Positions 40,261-51,148 of a stretch of 64,000 nt of DNA are shown piece by piece. The notes under the pieces were generated by a model. It was given only the letters and a program-made list of their open reading frames with translations. It searched no databases and was not told where the DNA came from. This DNA is from Schleiferiaceae bacterium (GTDB lineage Bacteria; Bacteroidota; Bacteroidia; Flavobacteriales; Schleiferiaceae). Each line of letters starts with the position of its first letter. Within the stretch, counting starts at the first letter, position 1. A program made the translations under genes and the position numbers. The stretch is from contig JBHYFA010000001.1 in assembly GCA_051859825.1 (NCBI GenBank), forward strand, positions 36,268 to 100,267, written 5' to 3'.

Positions 40261-41457
40261 AAAATGAAAAATGTTTTACTTTTTTGTAGTTTTTCTTTCT
40301 CTTTTGGGCTTGCTGCGCAAATACCCTCTAGTCACTTTGAGTTACCCATTTTCCCAGATTCTGCAACTTCAATGTTATTTGAAGACAATGTCGGAGCATT
40401 GAGTCTGCCTGCACATGGCGGAAGTCAAGTTTATGATTACACTAATATTGTGGATGAATCTAGCTTTGGTAGCTATTACGAAGCATCAGATAACAATCCC
40501 AATTTTCCCAATGCGGATGCCATGCAAACTTACTCCTCCTTTTTAAGTACACTAGAAATTACCGGTAATCGAGCTTATTACAAAAAAGATCAAAACGCTT
40601 TGTATTATTTAGGCTTTGAAACTCCTGTAGGCTCGTATGAAATTGGCTCTGTTTCCATGCATCCGGAAGACTCAATATGGTTTGTTGGGTCGCACACCTA
40701 CCACGGAACGAATGTTCCAATAATTGAGTATCCAATTACTGTAGCTCCGCAGAATTCTTCCTGGGCAGCAAGTTATGATGAAATCACTGATTTTGAGATT
40801 ACAGTTACCATGGCGAATATCATTCAAGCCCCGGGGCAATTGAAACAAAGTGTTCAACAGCACGATACAGTGGTAGGATATGGAATACTCACTCTTCCAT
40901 CTACGGCAAACATTCCTTCAAACGGATACTTCACTAAATTAGTTCGAGAAACTGTCACCACGGTAGATAGTTTCTTTTTAGGTGGTCAACCTGCTCCGCC
41001 AGCGTTATTGGCTCAATTTAGCTTAAGTCAAGGCGAAGTAAATACTATCCATCGATATAAGTTTTTTGCTCACGACCCACTGCAGCCCAAAATGCGCTCA
41101 ACCTTGATGGTGTTAAATCTGAATTCTGCCGCAAACGCAGTAATTGGAGGAAGTTATGATTTGGATTTTTATTCAAGCGTGTCCGTTCAGAAGTTTGGCG
41201 AAGAATTTTCACCGGTAATATCTCCAAATCCAGCCGCTTCTCGCACTGCTTTACAATTTCAGAGACCTCTCGATCAAAATATTAAACTAGTGGTAATGGA
41301 TATGCACGCTAAGGTTGTGAAGGAGATTAACGGAAAAAGGGGTTCCGATGAAGTCACTATTGAAGTAGATGGTTTAGGTTCAGGCATGTACTTAGTGTAC
41401 GTGTACGATGAAGGAGGTGCGTTTCTTGCGAGCCGAAAACTCATCAAAAACGATTAG
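40261..41457 (+). CDS. Hypothetical secreted protein with a T9SS C-terminal sorting domain
   Basis: Start trimmed to MKNVLLF (signal peptide). C-terminus ISPNPAASRTALQF...GMYLVYVYDEGGAFLASRKLIK matches the T9SS CTD pattern. Confidence 0.6.
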   Translation, partial: KMKNVLLFCSFSFSFGLAAQIPSSHFELPIFPDSATSMLFEDNVGALSLPAHGGSQVYDYTNIVDESSFGSYYEASDNNPNFPNADAMQTYSSFLSTLEITGNRAYYKKDQNALYYLGFETPVGSYEIGSVSMHPEDSIWFVGSHTYHGTNVPIIEYPITVAPQNSSWAASYDEITDFEITVTMANIIQAPGQLKQSVQQHDTVVGYGILTLPSTANIPSNGYFTKLVRETVTTVDSFFLGGQPAPPALLAQFSLSQGEVNTIHRYKFFAHDPLQPKMRSTLMVLNLNSAANAVIGGSYDLDFYSSVSVQKFGEEFSPVISPNPAASRTALQFQRPLDQNIKLVVMDMHAKVVKEINGKRGSDEVTIEVDGLGSGMYLVYVYDEGGAFLASRKLIKND

Positions 41458-41485
41458 TGGCTGGCTAGAAAGTCCGGTTCTTCGC
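41455..41485. repeat. REP/MITE-like repeat copy (TAGTGGCTGGCTAGAAAGTCCGG...)
   Basis: Its TAG is the stop codon of the upstream T9SS gene. Truncated relative to the copies at 974 and 3526. Confidence 0.55.
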
Positions 41486-41545
41486 TAATTCATAAAGGCC
41501 ATTGCTTGAGATAGTAATGGCCTTTATGCAATAAGAATTATCGAA

Positions 41546-43663
41546 TTACTTTTCGATATTCACTTTGTAGGTATTCCTCACACCATTCATTTCAACCTTG
41601 AGTATATACATACCTGCTGCGAAATTGCTTAAATCCAGTTGATGTTGATTATTAGCATTTGGCCTAACGTGTTCGGAAAGCAGCGTCTTTCCGTTGAGAT
41701 CCGTAATGTCTAACTTTGCCGTTTCACCTATTGCCTCAAAAAATTCTACTGTTACTTTTCCTGATGATGGATTTGGAAATACATGTATAAAATTTTTCTG
41801 GGCATCCATGGTATTTACACTAACAAAGCATCCATGAAGAAGGTACGAAGGACATAATAGTAATGTGAGATGTGGCCGACTGAAGTTTCTAGAGAAAGAA
41901 AATCTGCTAAACCAATCACTTGAACCTAAATCGTACATGAGCGATTGATAAGGCGGCTCTGTTGTTCTATCATTCTTAACCATCACAGGAAACTGACCTG
42001 ATGAAGAGTATAGCTCGGCTACCAGCCAAAAGGCTGAATCTTTAATGGCGTGACTCCAAATTGGATTAGGGGTAGGATACTCGAAGGCAATCGAACCATT
42101 ATTTAAACCATAAGAGTCGAATATCATCTCGATATACTGATTGGTTATATCTGCTGCAGAAATGGTTTTTCGAGCGCTAAATAGAGGAGTATCATTTGTT
42201 AATAAATCATTATTCCGATATATTTTAAATTCTACTTCACCGCCAGCAATACTCTGGGGGGATAATCCAAGTCTTGCTCCAACAATTTCACCTCTAGAGC
42301 CTTCTTTTACTTCAAATCTCATAGCAATAGCGGATCCATCATCACCCAATTGGTTAGTTCCTATCGAGTTGTCAAATTTGTTAAAATGTAATCCAAGATT
42401 GTAGAACTGTCTTTCAAAGCTGAGCGTATCAGGAGCGTCAGTAACAGTATTGGGACTATTATCTGCGGCATCCAAACTATCGGATATTATTTTTACCACT
42501 ACGTCATATACGCCATTGGTAGTCGGCGACCAAGGTGACGTTTTCAACAGATTCGAATTTACAATTTGCCCCGGCGTTATTGTTCTTGGACTACTACTAA
42601 TAACAGATGAAAGCATTCCATTAGAATAAACTTCTGCTATAATTCGAACGTTGGTTTGAGTACTCGTACCAATGTTTCTAATATTCCCTCCAAATGAATA
42701 TCCACGTGTTTGCATATCTGTATAAGAGGGATACACGCCAGGGTTAACTATACCCCCACCAAAAAAGTTATACCAAACAGTTGGATTTTCAGCTTCAATA
42801 ACAAATGATTCAACATCTGAATTGAAGAGTGTTGACTTTTCAAACGCAAATAAGGTATTGGGCGCAGTTTTTATGGCAATATCATCTACCATCCAATAAT
42901 AGTATCCGTGGCTAGAAGAAGAAGTATCTATAACTCTATTTTTTCCGTCAAAAATGAGCTTAAAACGGGCGTTACTTTCTCCGCCTATGAATGTGCTTAC
43001 ATTAGCAATTGTTCGGTAATCTCGAGGTGTGATAGTATTAATTAAAAATTCATTCGCGACTTCAATGGTATCGGGGTAAGTGTTCCCTCCATCAGAACTA
43101 AAGGCAATAAAGCGTCTGGCGTTATAAGATCTGGCAAAACTAAATAACTCTATTATCACATCTGGGTGGTTAGATAGGTCTATAATTGGCGATTCTAAGG
43201 TTCCCATGTGAGGTGTAGGTGAAACCCCAGAGCCGGGGACATTGGTATTGCCATTATCCAAATAGTCTGAATCAAAAATCACGAAACCGTTGGCAGCAGT
43301 AGGAGAGGCGATAGGAAGGTTAGTTGGAGGTACATTATTAATTCCGGAGAAAAAACCTCGACTGCCAACTGAATTATCAGGAGAAGAATTTGGGCCACGA
43401 TATTCCCATAAAGCATTAGAATCAATAGTTATGCTATCCAAATAGCCAAGGTTATTCCATCCTGCTAAACCGTTAGAAAAGTCTTCAAACCAAATAGTGC
43501 TCGTTTCCGCACCATTAGTTTGAATAGGTTGGATATGGCTTCGTTTACTAACGTCTAAGTGGTGTTCTAAAGTTGCTTTTGCTTTACCTAGCTGAGTTGG
43601 TACAGATTGAGCAAACATTCCAACAGAAAGCAAGCAGAATGAAAAAGTATGGAGTTTTTTCAT
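41546..43663 (-). CDS. T9SS-CTD secreted protein, paralog 1 of a tandem triplet (MAM/choice-of-anchor-J-like conserved N-terminal domain)
   Basis: Signal peptide. Conserved block WFEDFSNGLAGWNN...WEYRGP...GSRGFFSGINN...NGFVIFDSDYLDNGNT...PHMGTLESPIIDLS...WMVDDIAIKTAPN. C-terminal T9SS CTD ending ...GMYILKVEMNGVRNTYKVNIEK. Confidence 0.65.
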   Translation of the reverse strand: MKKLHTFSFCLLSVGMFAQSVPTQLGKAKATLEHHLDVSKRSHIQPIQTNGAETSTIWFEDFSNGLAGWNNLGYLDSITIDSNALWEYRGPNSSPDNSVGSRGFFSGINNVPPTNLPIASPTAANGFVIFDSDYLDNGNTNVPGSGVSPTPHMGTLESPIIDLSNHPDVIIELFSFARSYNARRFIAFSSDGGNTYPDTIEVANEFLINTITPRDYRTIANVSTFIGGESNARFKLIFDGKNRVIDTSSSSHGYYYWMVDDIAIKTAPNTLFAFEKSTLFNSDVESFVIEAENPTVWYNFFGGGIVNPGVYPSYTDMQTRGYSFGGNIRNIGTSTQTNVRIIAEVYSNGMLSSVISSSPRTITPGQIVNSNLLKTSPWSPTTNGVYDVVVKIISDSLDAADNSPNTVTDAPDTLSFERQFYNLGLHFNKFDNSIGTNQLGDDGSAIAMRFEVKEGSRGEIVGARLGLSPQSIAGGEVEFKIYRNNDLLTNDTPLFSARKTISAADITNQYIEMIFDSYGLNNGSIAFEYPTPNPIWSHAIKDSAFWLVAELYSSSGQFPVMVKNDRTTEPPYQSLMYDLGSSDWFSRFSFSRNFSRPHLTLLLCPSYLLHGCFVSVNTMDAQKNFIHVFPNPSSGKVTVEFFEAIGETAKLDITDLNGKTLLSEHVRPNANNQHQLDLSNFAAGMYILKVEMNGVRNTYKVNIEK

Positions 43664-43733
43664 AACCTAATTGATAGACATTGTTTATACAACTTCATTT
43701 GTGCGATAAATATACATTGTTTCTTCTTAAGTT

Positions 43734-45902
43734 TTACACTCGAAAAAAATAAAGGCCATTACTATAGAAAGCAATGGCCTTTAGGACATAAGAAGGTTTA
43801 TCGACGTAGGTGTCGATATTCACTGAGTGGGTGTGGATTGCTCCATCAATTTCCACGCTAAGGATGTACATTCCCGAAGCGAGGTGCCCAAGTTCCATTT
43901 GGTGGTGGGTACTATTGATGTTGCGTGCGGTTTCTGTTTGAACAACTTTACCGCTTAGATCGGTTACTCGTAATATAGCTGACGAGCCTTTTACATCATT
44001 AAACTCTAAAAGTAATCTGCCCGTTGTAGGGTTGGGATAGTAGCGAACATTACTTTTACTTGCATCAATTTCAGAAACACTTAAGTTGCATAGAGAAGCG
44101 GAAGAGCAAGTAACAAGTCTTAAATGAGGTCGTGCAAAATTTCTAGAACCGGTATAGCGGCTAAACCAGTTGCCAGAGTTTGAGTTAAACATCAACGATT
44201 GAAATGGTGATGCGGTTGTACGATCATTTCTTACCATCAGAGGAAACTGGTTATTATTTGAAGTAAATTCAGCTACTAACCAAAAAGCGGAATCTTGGAA
44301 AGCGGTAACCGGTGTAGGGGTTGGATATTCCATATCTACATGTCCAGAATTTGTAGCAGGATTGTAGAAATCAACTTCAACAAAACCTTGCGATATATCG
44401 GCAGCTGTAATTGTCTTACTTGCCACAGCGATAGGGAATCCTCCTGATAGATCAAGGTTTCTAAAGATCTGGAATTCTAAGGTTGCTCCTGCTTGAGTGA
44501 GGGCTGATAAGCCTAGTCTTGCGGCGCTCACCTGATCACGTGATCCTTCTACAGGCTCGAAACGAATAGCCATTTTTGACCCATCTGCTCCAAGCTGATT
44601 GGTTCCAAGCGCATTATTAAAGCGGTTGAAATCGTGCCCGAATAAATTATCCGTTACATTTATAAACACGGTATCTGGTCGTCCATCAATAGAATTAGGC
44701 CCATTTTGAGATGCGGTTAGGCTATCGGAAAGCACTTTAAACACGCAGCCAAAAAGTCCCTTCTGGGTAGGGTTCCAAAAATTTGTCTCTAAAACAGCAG
44801 CTGTTGCTATGTCACCAGATGCAAGTAATGGTACTGCTGGGCTTTGCAGAGTGGTTACCAAAGTTCCACCTTGGTATATTTCAACTGCCAAACTCACATT
44901 CGTTTGTGGTAATGCTCCAATGTTTCTGACGTTGGAATTAAAGCTAAAGCCTCGTTCCTGACGCAAAGTAGTAATAGGATACACACCTGGTGGAACGGTA
45001 CCTCCTCCAAAAAAGTTATACCAAACCATCGGATTATCGGCTTTTACATCAAAGAGTTCAATGGGATTGCCATTTGCATCAGTAGCTTCTTGAAAAGAGA
45101 ATAGGGTATTAGGTGCGGTTTTGATAGCAATATCGTCAACCATCCAGAAGTATAAGCCAGGATTAGCGGTTGCGCTTCTTGGGTTTCTTCCGTCAAAAAC
45201 CAGTTTAATACGTGCATTACTTTGACCTCCTATGAAAGCACTAACGTTTGCAAGTGTCCGAAAATCTCGGGGAGTTGCGGTATTTACTGGAAATTGAGGT
45301 GCAACCCTTATGGAGTCTGGGTAGGTGGTTCCACCATCTGAACTAAAAGCAACGTAGAAGAAAGAGTTGAACATGCGTGCGTAGCTATATAACTCAAGAA
45401 CTACCTCCGGATGACCAGATAAATTGATAATAGGCGATTCCAATGTGCCAATGTGTGGCGCCGGAGCACTGCCTGCTCCTACTGTACTCGTATTACCATT
45501 GTCGAGGTAATCAGAATCAAAAATCACGAAGCCATTCGAAGCCGAAGGTGAAAGTATGGGGTTGTTGGTGGGGGTTGCGTTATTTACTCCCGAGTAAAAA
45601 CCTCTACTTCCTTGGGAAACGTCGGGATTAGTATTGGGCCCACGATACTCCCAAACTGCGTTGGCGTTTGGGGCACCTGTACCAGTAAAGCCCGCGTTTG
45701 TCCATCCAGATAGTCCATTAGAAAAATCTTCTGACCAAATGGGCGTTTCCTTTCCATCGACGAAAAGAGGGCTTTCATTTCGGAGATTATCGGTATCGTA
45801 GTTTAATTCAGGCACATCAGGCATGGTATGAACAGATACCGGAGATTGTGCTATGGCAACGGCACTAAAGCTCAACGCCATTCCAAGGTAGATTTTTTTC
45901 AT
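43734..45902 (-). CDS. T9SS-CTD secreted protein, paralog 2, with a 26-aa C-terminal extension caused by loss of the stop codon
   Basis: Same conserved N-terminal block and CTD as paralogs 1 and 3. The CTD ends ...HTHSVNID, then reads on (TYVDKPSYVLKAIAFYSNGLYFFRV) through the terminator hairpin. Confidence 0.65.
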   Translation of the reverse strand: MKKIYLGMALSFSAVAIAQSPVSVHTMPDVPELNYDTDNLRNESPLFVDGKETPIWSEDFSNGLSGWTNAGFTGTGAPNANAVWEYRGPNTNPDVSQGSRGFYSGVNNATPTNNPILSPSASNGFVIFDSDYLDNGNTSTVGAGSAPAPHIGTLESPIINLSGHPEVVLELYSYARMFNSFFYVAFSSDGGTTYPDSIRVAPQFPVNTATPRDFRTLANVSAFIGGQSNARIKLVFDGRNPRSATANPGLYFWMVDDIAIKTAPNTLFSFQEATDANGNPIELFDVKADNPMVWYNFFGGGTVPPGVYPITTLRQERGFSFNSNVRNIGALPQTNVSLAVEIYQGGTLVTTLQSPAVPLLASGDIATAAVLETNFWNPTQKGLFGCVFKVLSDSLTASQNGPNSIDGRPDTVFINVTDNLFGHDFNRFNNALGTNQLGADGSKMAIRFEPVEGSRDQVSAARLGLSALTQAGATLEFQIFRNLDLSGGFPIAVASKTITAADISQGFVEVDFYNPATNSGHVDMEYPTPTPVTAFQDSAFWLVAEFTSNNNQFPLMVRNDRTTASPFQSLMFNSNSGNWFSRYTGSRNFARPHLRLVTCSSASLCNLSVSEIDASKSNVRYYPNPTTGRLLLEFNDVKGSSAILRVTDLSGKVVQTETARNINSTHHQMELGHLASGMYILSVEIDGAIHTHSVNIDTYVDKPSYVLKAIAFYSNGLYFFRV
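43750..43782 (-). terminator. Terminator hairpin (AAAGGCCATTgctttctatagtAATGGCCTTT plus T-run) now lying inside the paralog-2 reading frame
   Basis: Same hairpin as at 41492-41528 after paralog 1. Followed on the minus strand by TTTTTTT. Confidence 0.45.
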
Positions 45903-45982
45903 AGTAGTGGGTTTAAAAAATCAAAACGATTTAACGGTATCAAATGTATGGATTTTTTCAATAGAAAAATAATTTGTGCAAA

Positions 45983-46010
45983 AAAAAACTGCCTCAATGA
46001 GGCAGCTTTT
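45983..46010 (-). terminator. Rho-independent terminator of paralog 3 (AAAGCTGCCTCattgaGGCAGTTTTTTTTT on the minus strand)
   Basis: 8-bp GC-rich stem plus T9 run, 25 nt after the gene's stop. Confidence 0.6.
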
Positions 46011-46032
46011 AATTCGTTGTATCGAAAATTAA

Positions 46033-48123
46033 TTATTTTTCGATGCTCACTTTATAGGTGTTAACCTTTCCACCAATCTCTACACTTAAAATGTAGATGC
46101 CAGAAGCCAAGTGTCCGAGATCCATTTGGTGATGTCCAACAGTATGAGCGAACTCGCTGTGAACAACTTTACCACTTAAATCAGTAACACGAAGATTAGC
46201 TCTATTGGCAGCAGGGTTTTCAAAATCCAGTACTAGACGACCTGTGGTTGGGTTAGGGTAGTAACGAATTCCAGCAAAATTAGCGTCAACAGTCTCAACG
46301 TTAAAGTTACATGCTTCTGCAGAAGAACAGGTAAACAAACGAAGATGAGGACGAGCAAAGTTACGTGAACCTGCAAAAGAACTAAACCAAGAACCTTGAT
46401 CAGGGATAAACATAAGAGACTGCAAAGGAGATGGAGTCGTTGCATCATTACGAATAGCAACGGGGAACTGAGCGTTCTGTGAAGTAAACTCAGCAACTAC
46501 CCAGAAGGCAGAATCTTGGAAATTGGTCACAGGGGTAGGGGTTGGATACTCCATATCGATTTGACCAAAGTTGGTAACAGGATTATAAAAGTCTGCATCA
46601 ACAAAACCCTGAGAAATATCGGCAGCTGTAAGCGTTTTAGAAGCAACGGCAATTGGGAAACCACCAGCTAAGTCAAGGTTACGGAAAACTTTGAACTCAA
46701 CTACACCACCAGCAACGGAAGCAGCAGAAAGACCTAGACGAACACCTAATGCTTGGTCTCTTGAACCTTCTTTGATTTCGTAACGTACAGCAACAGCAGA
46801 ACCATCATTACCTAAGTTATTAGTACCAATTGCATTATTGAAACGCATAAAGTCATGACCAAAGAACTCATCACCAATATTAAAGAATACCGTATCAGGA
46901 CGTGCAGTAATGTTATTAGGGCCATTGTTCGAGGCTGTTAAATCAGATGAAATAACCTTGAAAACACATGCATGAAGACCCTTTTGTGTAGGTGTCCAGA
47001 AGTTGGTTTCCATAATGCTTGCTGGAGCGATGTCTAACACAGGCACAAGTGGAGTAGTGGGAGAAGAAAGCGTAGTTTCTAAAGCACCACCGCGATAAAT
47101 TTCCACTACAAGACCAACGTTTGATTGTGGCGTTGCACCAATATTTCTAATGTTAGCGTTAAATGCAATCGCTCTTGTTTGACGTAGAGTAGTAATAGGG
47201 TAAACTCCGGGAGGAACTGTTCCTCCGCCAAAGAAATTATACCAAACAACAGGATGATTTGCCAACACATCAAATACAGGGGTTGGATCACCAGCAGCAT
47301 TCACAAAAGGCTCGAAGGAGAAGAGTACGTTTGGAGCTGGTTTAATAGCGATATCATCAACCATCCAGAAGTAGTAACCAGGAGCACTTGCAGAATTCAA
47401 TGTGCTATTTCCATCAAAAATCAATTTTATTTTTACGTTGCTTTCACCTCCAACAAAATTACTAATGTTAGCAACAGTGCGGAAATCACGAGGAGTTGCG
47501 CCATTAACACCTAATGCTGAAGCAATTCTGATTGAATCAGGGTAAGTGGTACCACCATCCTTACTGAAGGCAACATAGAAGCTTGAGTTAAATGTACGAG
47601 CATAGCTATATAGCTCAATAATTACTTGAGGGTGTGAAGCTAAGTTAATCGTTGGTGACTCCAAGGTTCCGATATGAGGAGCTTCTGAAGCACCTGCACC
47701 AAAGGTCGAGGTATTATCATTATCCAAATAGTCAGAATCAAAGATAACAAAACCGTTGTCTTTAGTTGGAGAAGCAATAGGGAAATTACTTGGTGTTGGA
47801 TTATTCACACCTGAGAAAAAACCACGACTACCTTGTGAAGTATCGGGGTTCGTGTTAGGCCCACGATATTCCCACTGAGCATTTTGGTCAGGAGCACCTG
47901 TGCCAGTAAAACCAGCATTTGTCCAGCCGGTTAAACCGTTGGCAAAATCCTCTGACCAGATGGGCGTTTCTGCGCCATCAACAAAAATAGGCGATTCATA
48001 AGTGCGCATTGATACACCATCAAACACCTCAAGTACTGGTGTTGCTTCAGGTGCATTAACAGGAGCCTGCGCGAAAACAGAACCAGTGGCAAGCATCGCT
48101 GCAATTACATAAATTCTTTTCAT
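46033..48123 (-). CDS. T9SS-CTD secreted protein, paralog 3 of the tandem triplet
   Basis: About 70% identical to paralog 2 across the N-terminal block (PIWSEDFANGLTGWTNAGFTGTGAP...HIGTLESPTINLASHP...). CTD ends ...YKVSIEK. Confidence 0.65.
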   Translation of the reverse strand: MKRIYVIAAMLATGSVFAQAPVNAPEATPVLEVFDGVSMRTYESPIFVDGAETPIWSEDFANGLTGWTNAGFTGTGAPDQNAQWEYRGPNTNPDTSQGSRGFFSGVNNPTPSNFPIASPTKDNGFVIFDSDYLDNDNTSTFGAGASEAPHIGTLESPTINLASHPQVIIELYSYARTFNSSFYVAFSKDGGTTYPDSIRIASALGVNGATPRDFRTVANISNFVGGESNVKIKLIFDGNSTLNSASAPGYYFWMVDDIAIKPAPNVLFSFEPFVNAAGDPTPVFDVLANHPVVWYNFFGGGTVPPGVYPITTLRQTRAIAFNANIRNIGATPQSNVGLVVEIYRGGALETTLSSPTTPLVPVLDIAPASIMETNFWTPTQKGLHACVFKVISSDLTASNNGPNNITARPDTVFFNIGDEFFGHDFMRFNNAIGTNNLGNDGSAVAVRYEIKEGSRDQALGVRLGLSAASVAGGVVEFKVFRNLDLAGGFPIAVASKTLTAADISQGFVDADFYNPVTNFGQIDMEYPTPTPVTNFQDSAFWVVAEFTSQNAQFPVAIRNDATTPSPLQSLMFIPDQGSWFSSFAGSRNFARPHLRLFTCSSAEACNFNVETVDANFAGIRYYPNPTTGRLVLDFENPAANRANLRVTDLSGKVVHSEFAHTVGHHQMDLGHLASGIYILSVEIGGKVNTYKVSIEK

Positions 48124-48229
48124 ATTAGATTACGTTTAGATTATCTGAACGTCAAAAGTACAAAAAGAAAATAAGCCAACACACTTTTTTAAAAAAAAAT
48201 ATGCTAGCTTATTATTTTAGTTGCAACCG

Positions 48230-51085
48230 TTACTGATAACTCTCAATAGGCGCACACGTACAAACGAGGTTTCGATCGCCATAAGCATCATCAACACGGC
48301 GAACACTAGGCCAGAACTTATTGTCTTTCAAATAGTCCATAGGAAATGCCGCCTTCGACCTGCTGTACGGGAAATTCCATTCATCGGCTGTAATAAGCTC
48401 CATCGTGTGAGGAGAATTTTTCAAAACATTATTAGCAATGTCGGCCTTTCCTTCCGCAATTTCATCAATTTCTTGGCGAATTTGAATCATCGCATCAGCA
48501 AATCTGTCGAGTTCATGCTTACTTTCACTCTCCGTAGGCTCAATCATCATGGTTCCAGCAACAGGGAAGGATACCGTTGGAGCATGATAACCATAATCCA
48601 TCAATCTCTTGGCAATATCGGTAACTTCAATACCAGCCATTTTCTTAAATGGACGGCAATCAATGATCATTTCGTGAGCTACACAATCCATCTCGCCAGT
48701 ATAGAGCGTATCATAATATCCTTTGAAACGAGCCTTGATGTAATTGGCATTTAAAATCGCTAATTCCGTCGATTTTGTCAATCCTTCAGAACCAAGCATT
48801 TTCATGTAACCATACGAAATAAGTAAAATCAAACCACTTCCCCATGGTGCACCACTAATTGGTGTAATTCCCGTTTTTCCTCCCGTTTTTACAATGGGAT
48901 GACCCGGTAAGAAAGGTACAAGCTGTGGTGCCACACAAATGGGGCCCATGCCAGGACCTCCTCCTCCATGAGGAATAGCAAAAGTCTTGTGTAGGTTGAG
49001 GTGGCAAACATCAGCTCCAATACTTCCCGGACTAGTAAGTCCTACCTGAGCATTCATGTTTGCACCATCCATATATACTTGTCCGCCGTGATCGTGAATG
49101 ATCTTGGTGATTTCTTTAACCGCGGCTTCAAAAACTCCGTGGGTAGATGGATATGTAATCATCAATGCCGATAATTCCGAACTGTGCTTTTCGGCTTTAG
49201 CTCTTAGGTCTTCAACATCGATATTTCCTTGATCATCACATTTTACTACCACTACCTTCATTCCGGCCATTACCGCACTTGCAGGATTGGTTCCGTGTGC
49301 ACTCGATGGAATAAGTACAATATTGCGATGATGGTCGCCTCGTGAATGATGATACGCACGAATAACCATTAAACCTGCATATTCGCCCTGCGCCCCAGAG
49401 TTTGGCTGCAAACTCACTCCGGCAAAACCGGTGATTTCCGCCAAATAACGCTCCATTTCACGGATTACATACTGGTACCCTTCTGCCTGATTTAAGGGGG
49501 CAAACGGGTGAATATTCGCCCATTGCGGCCAAGTAACGGGAATCATTTCTGCAGCAGCATTGAGCTTCATCGTGCATGAACCCAAAGGAATCATAGAATG
49601 ATTTAAAGACAAGTCTTTGCGCTCAAGCTTTTTGATGTAGCGCATCATTTCCGTTTCGCTATGGTAGCGGTTGAAAACTTCGTAGGTTAAAACTTCGTCC
49701 TTGCGAAGCAAATCTTCCGGAATAATTACCAAATCAAGCTCTTTGGCTGAGATAAAGTCCAATTCCGCAGCCTCGGCAAAAACTTGCAAAATATCTTGAA
49801 CAGTATCCATTGTGCAGGTTTCGTTCAAACTAATCCCCACCTTATGATTGCTTATATATCGGAAGTTCATTTTCGCTTCTTCCGCAAATTTGCGCACACG
49901 TGCAATGTCGATGGTGTCTAATTCAACTTCCAGCGTATCAAAAAACTCGGAACTTCCTAGTTCAAAGCCTAATTTACGCAAACCATCGGCTAAACTTACA
50001 GTCAATTTGTGAATACGTGTGGCAATCTTTCTTAATCCTTGTGGACCATGATACACACCATACATACCGGCCATTACGGCAAGTAGTACCTGGGCAGTAC
50101 ATATATTAGAGGTCGCTTTATCACGCTTGATATGCTGCTCACGCGTTTGTAATGCCATTCGCAGAGCTGGACTTCCATCTTTATCAATAGTTTGACCAAT
50201 GATTCTTCCTGGTACAAAGCGCTTCATTGATTCGTGGGTAGCAAAGTAAGCCGCGTGTGGACCACCATAACCCAAGGGAATTCCGAAACGTTGAGTGGTG
50301 CCCACTACAACATCAGCGCCCCACTTTCCGGGAGCCTCCAATAATACCAAAGCCATGATATCAGCCGCTACAGCAATCTTCACATTCTCAGCTTTGGCTC
50401 TCTCTACAAATTCACGGTAATTGAAAATTGCACCATCACCAGCAGGATACTGTAACAAAGCTCCGAAGAAACGATTATCAAGATTTACTTCTCTGTGGTC
50501 GCCAATTACCAATTGAATTCCAATAGGCTCAGCACGAGTTTCGAGTAAAGCAATGGTTTGTGGCAAACAATGACGAGAAACGAAGAATAAGTTAGCATCC
50601 TTCTGCTCTCGGGGTTTGGCACTGTATAACATACTCATCGCTTCTGCCGCCGCGGTGGGCTCGTCGAGAAGCGAGGAGTTTGACATCTCCATTCCGGTGA
50701 GATCGGTAATCATCGTTTGGAAATTGATCAAGGCTTCTAAACGACCCTGAGCAATCTCTGCTTGATAAGGCGTGTAAGCCGTGTACCAACCGGGGTTTTC
50801 TAAAATATTTCTCTGAATTACTCCAGGCAATACCGTATCGTGGTAGCCCATTCCAATAAAGTTACTGAAAACTTTATTCTTTCCGGCAACTTCGTGAAGA
50901 TGCTTGATGTATTGATGTTCGCCTAAGGCTGGGTCAAGTTCGAGAGGACTATCTAGTCGAATGCTATCGGGGATACTGCGCTGCAATAATTCTTCAACAG
51001 TATCAACGCCAATTACTGAAAGCATTTCCTGGATTTCGGTATCGCGAGGACCTATATGCCTGGATGCAAATGATTGATCGGACAT
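48230..51085 (-). CDS. gcvP: Glycine dehydrogenase (decarboxylating), glycine cleavage system P protein
   Basis: 951 aa, single-chain alpha-beta fusion. N-terminus [20 protein letters not shown]-binding region ...[23 protein letters not shown]. Confidence 0.95.
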   Translation of the reverse strand: MSDQSFASRHIGPRDTEIQEMLSVIGVDTVEELLQRSIPDSIRLDSPLELDPALGEHQYIKHLHEVAGKNKVFSNFIGMGYHDTVLPGVIQRNILENPGWYTAYTPYQAEIAQGRLEALINFQTMITDLTGMEMSNSSLLDEPTAAAEAMSMLYSAKPREQKDANLFFVSRHCLPQTIALLETRAEPIGIQLVIGDHREVNLDNRFFGALLQYPAGDGAIFNYREFVERAKAENVKIAVAADIMALVLLEAPGKWGADVVVGTTQRFGIPLGYGGPHAAYFATHESMKRFVPGRIIGQTIDKDGSPALRMALQTREQHIKRDKATSNICTAQVLLAVMAGMYGVYHGPQGLRKIATRIHKLTVSLADGLRKLGFELGSSEFFDTLEVELDTIDIARVRKFAEEAKMNFRYISNHKVGISLNETCTMDTVQDILQVFAEAAELDFISAKELDLVIIPEDLLRKDEVLTYEVFNRYHSETEMMRYIKKLERKDLSLNHSMIPLGSCTMKLNAAAEMIPVTWPQWANIHPFAPLNQAEGYQYVIREMERYLAEITGFAGVSLQPNSGAQGEYAGLMVIRAYHHSRGDHHRNIVLIPSSAHGTNPASAVMAGMKVVVVKCDDQGNIDVEDLRAKAEKHSSELSALMITYPSTHGVFEAAVKEITKIIHDHGGQVYMDGANMNAQVGLTSPGSIGADVCHLNLHKTFAIPHGGGGPGMGPICVAPQLVPFLPGHPIVKTGGKTGITPISGAPWGSGLILLISYGYMKMLGSEGLTKSTELAILNANYIKARFKGYYDTLYTGEMDCVAHEMIIDCRPFKKMAGIEVTDIAKRLMDYGYHAPTVSFPVAGTMMIEPTESESKHELDRFADAMIQIRQEIDEIAEGKADIANNVLKNSPHTMELITADEWNFPYSRSKAAFPMDYLKDNKFWPSVRRVDDAYGDRNLVCTCAPIESYQ

Positions 51086-51148
51086 AATAAAAAGGGTATT
51101 AAAATTTGTGTAGCTAACAAGAAAAGGTCATAAGGTGTTTACCAAAAA

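Noticed and set aside
48221-48754. 177-aa plus-strand ORF overlapping the gcvP 3' end
   Set aside because: Antisense to a 951-aa gene with unambiguous GcvP motifs.
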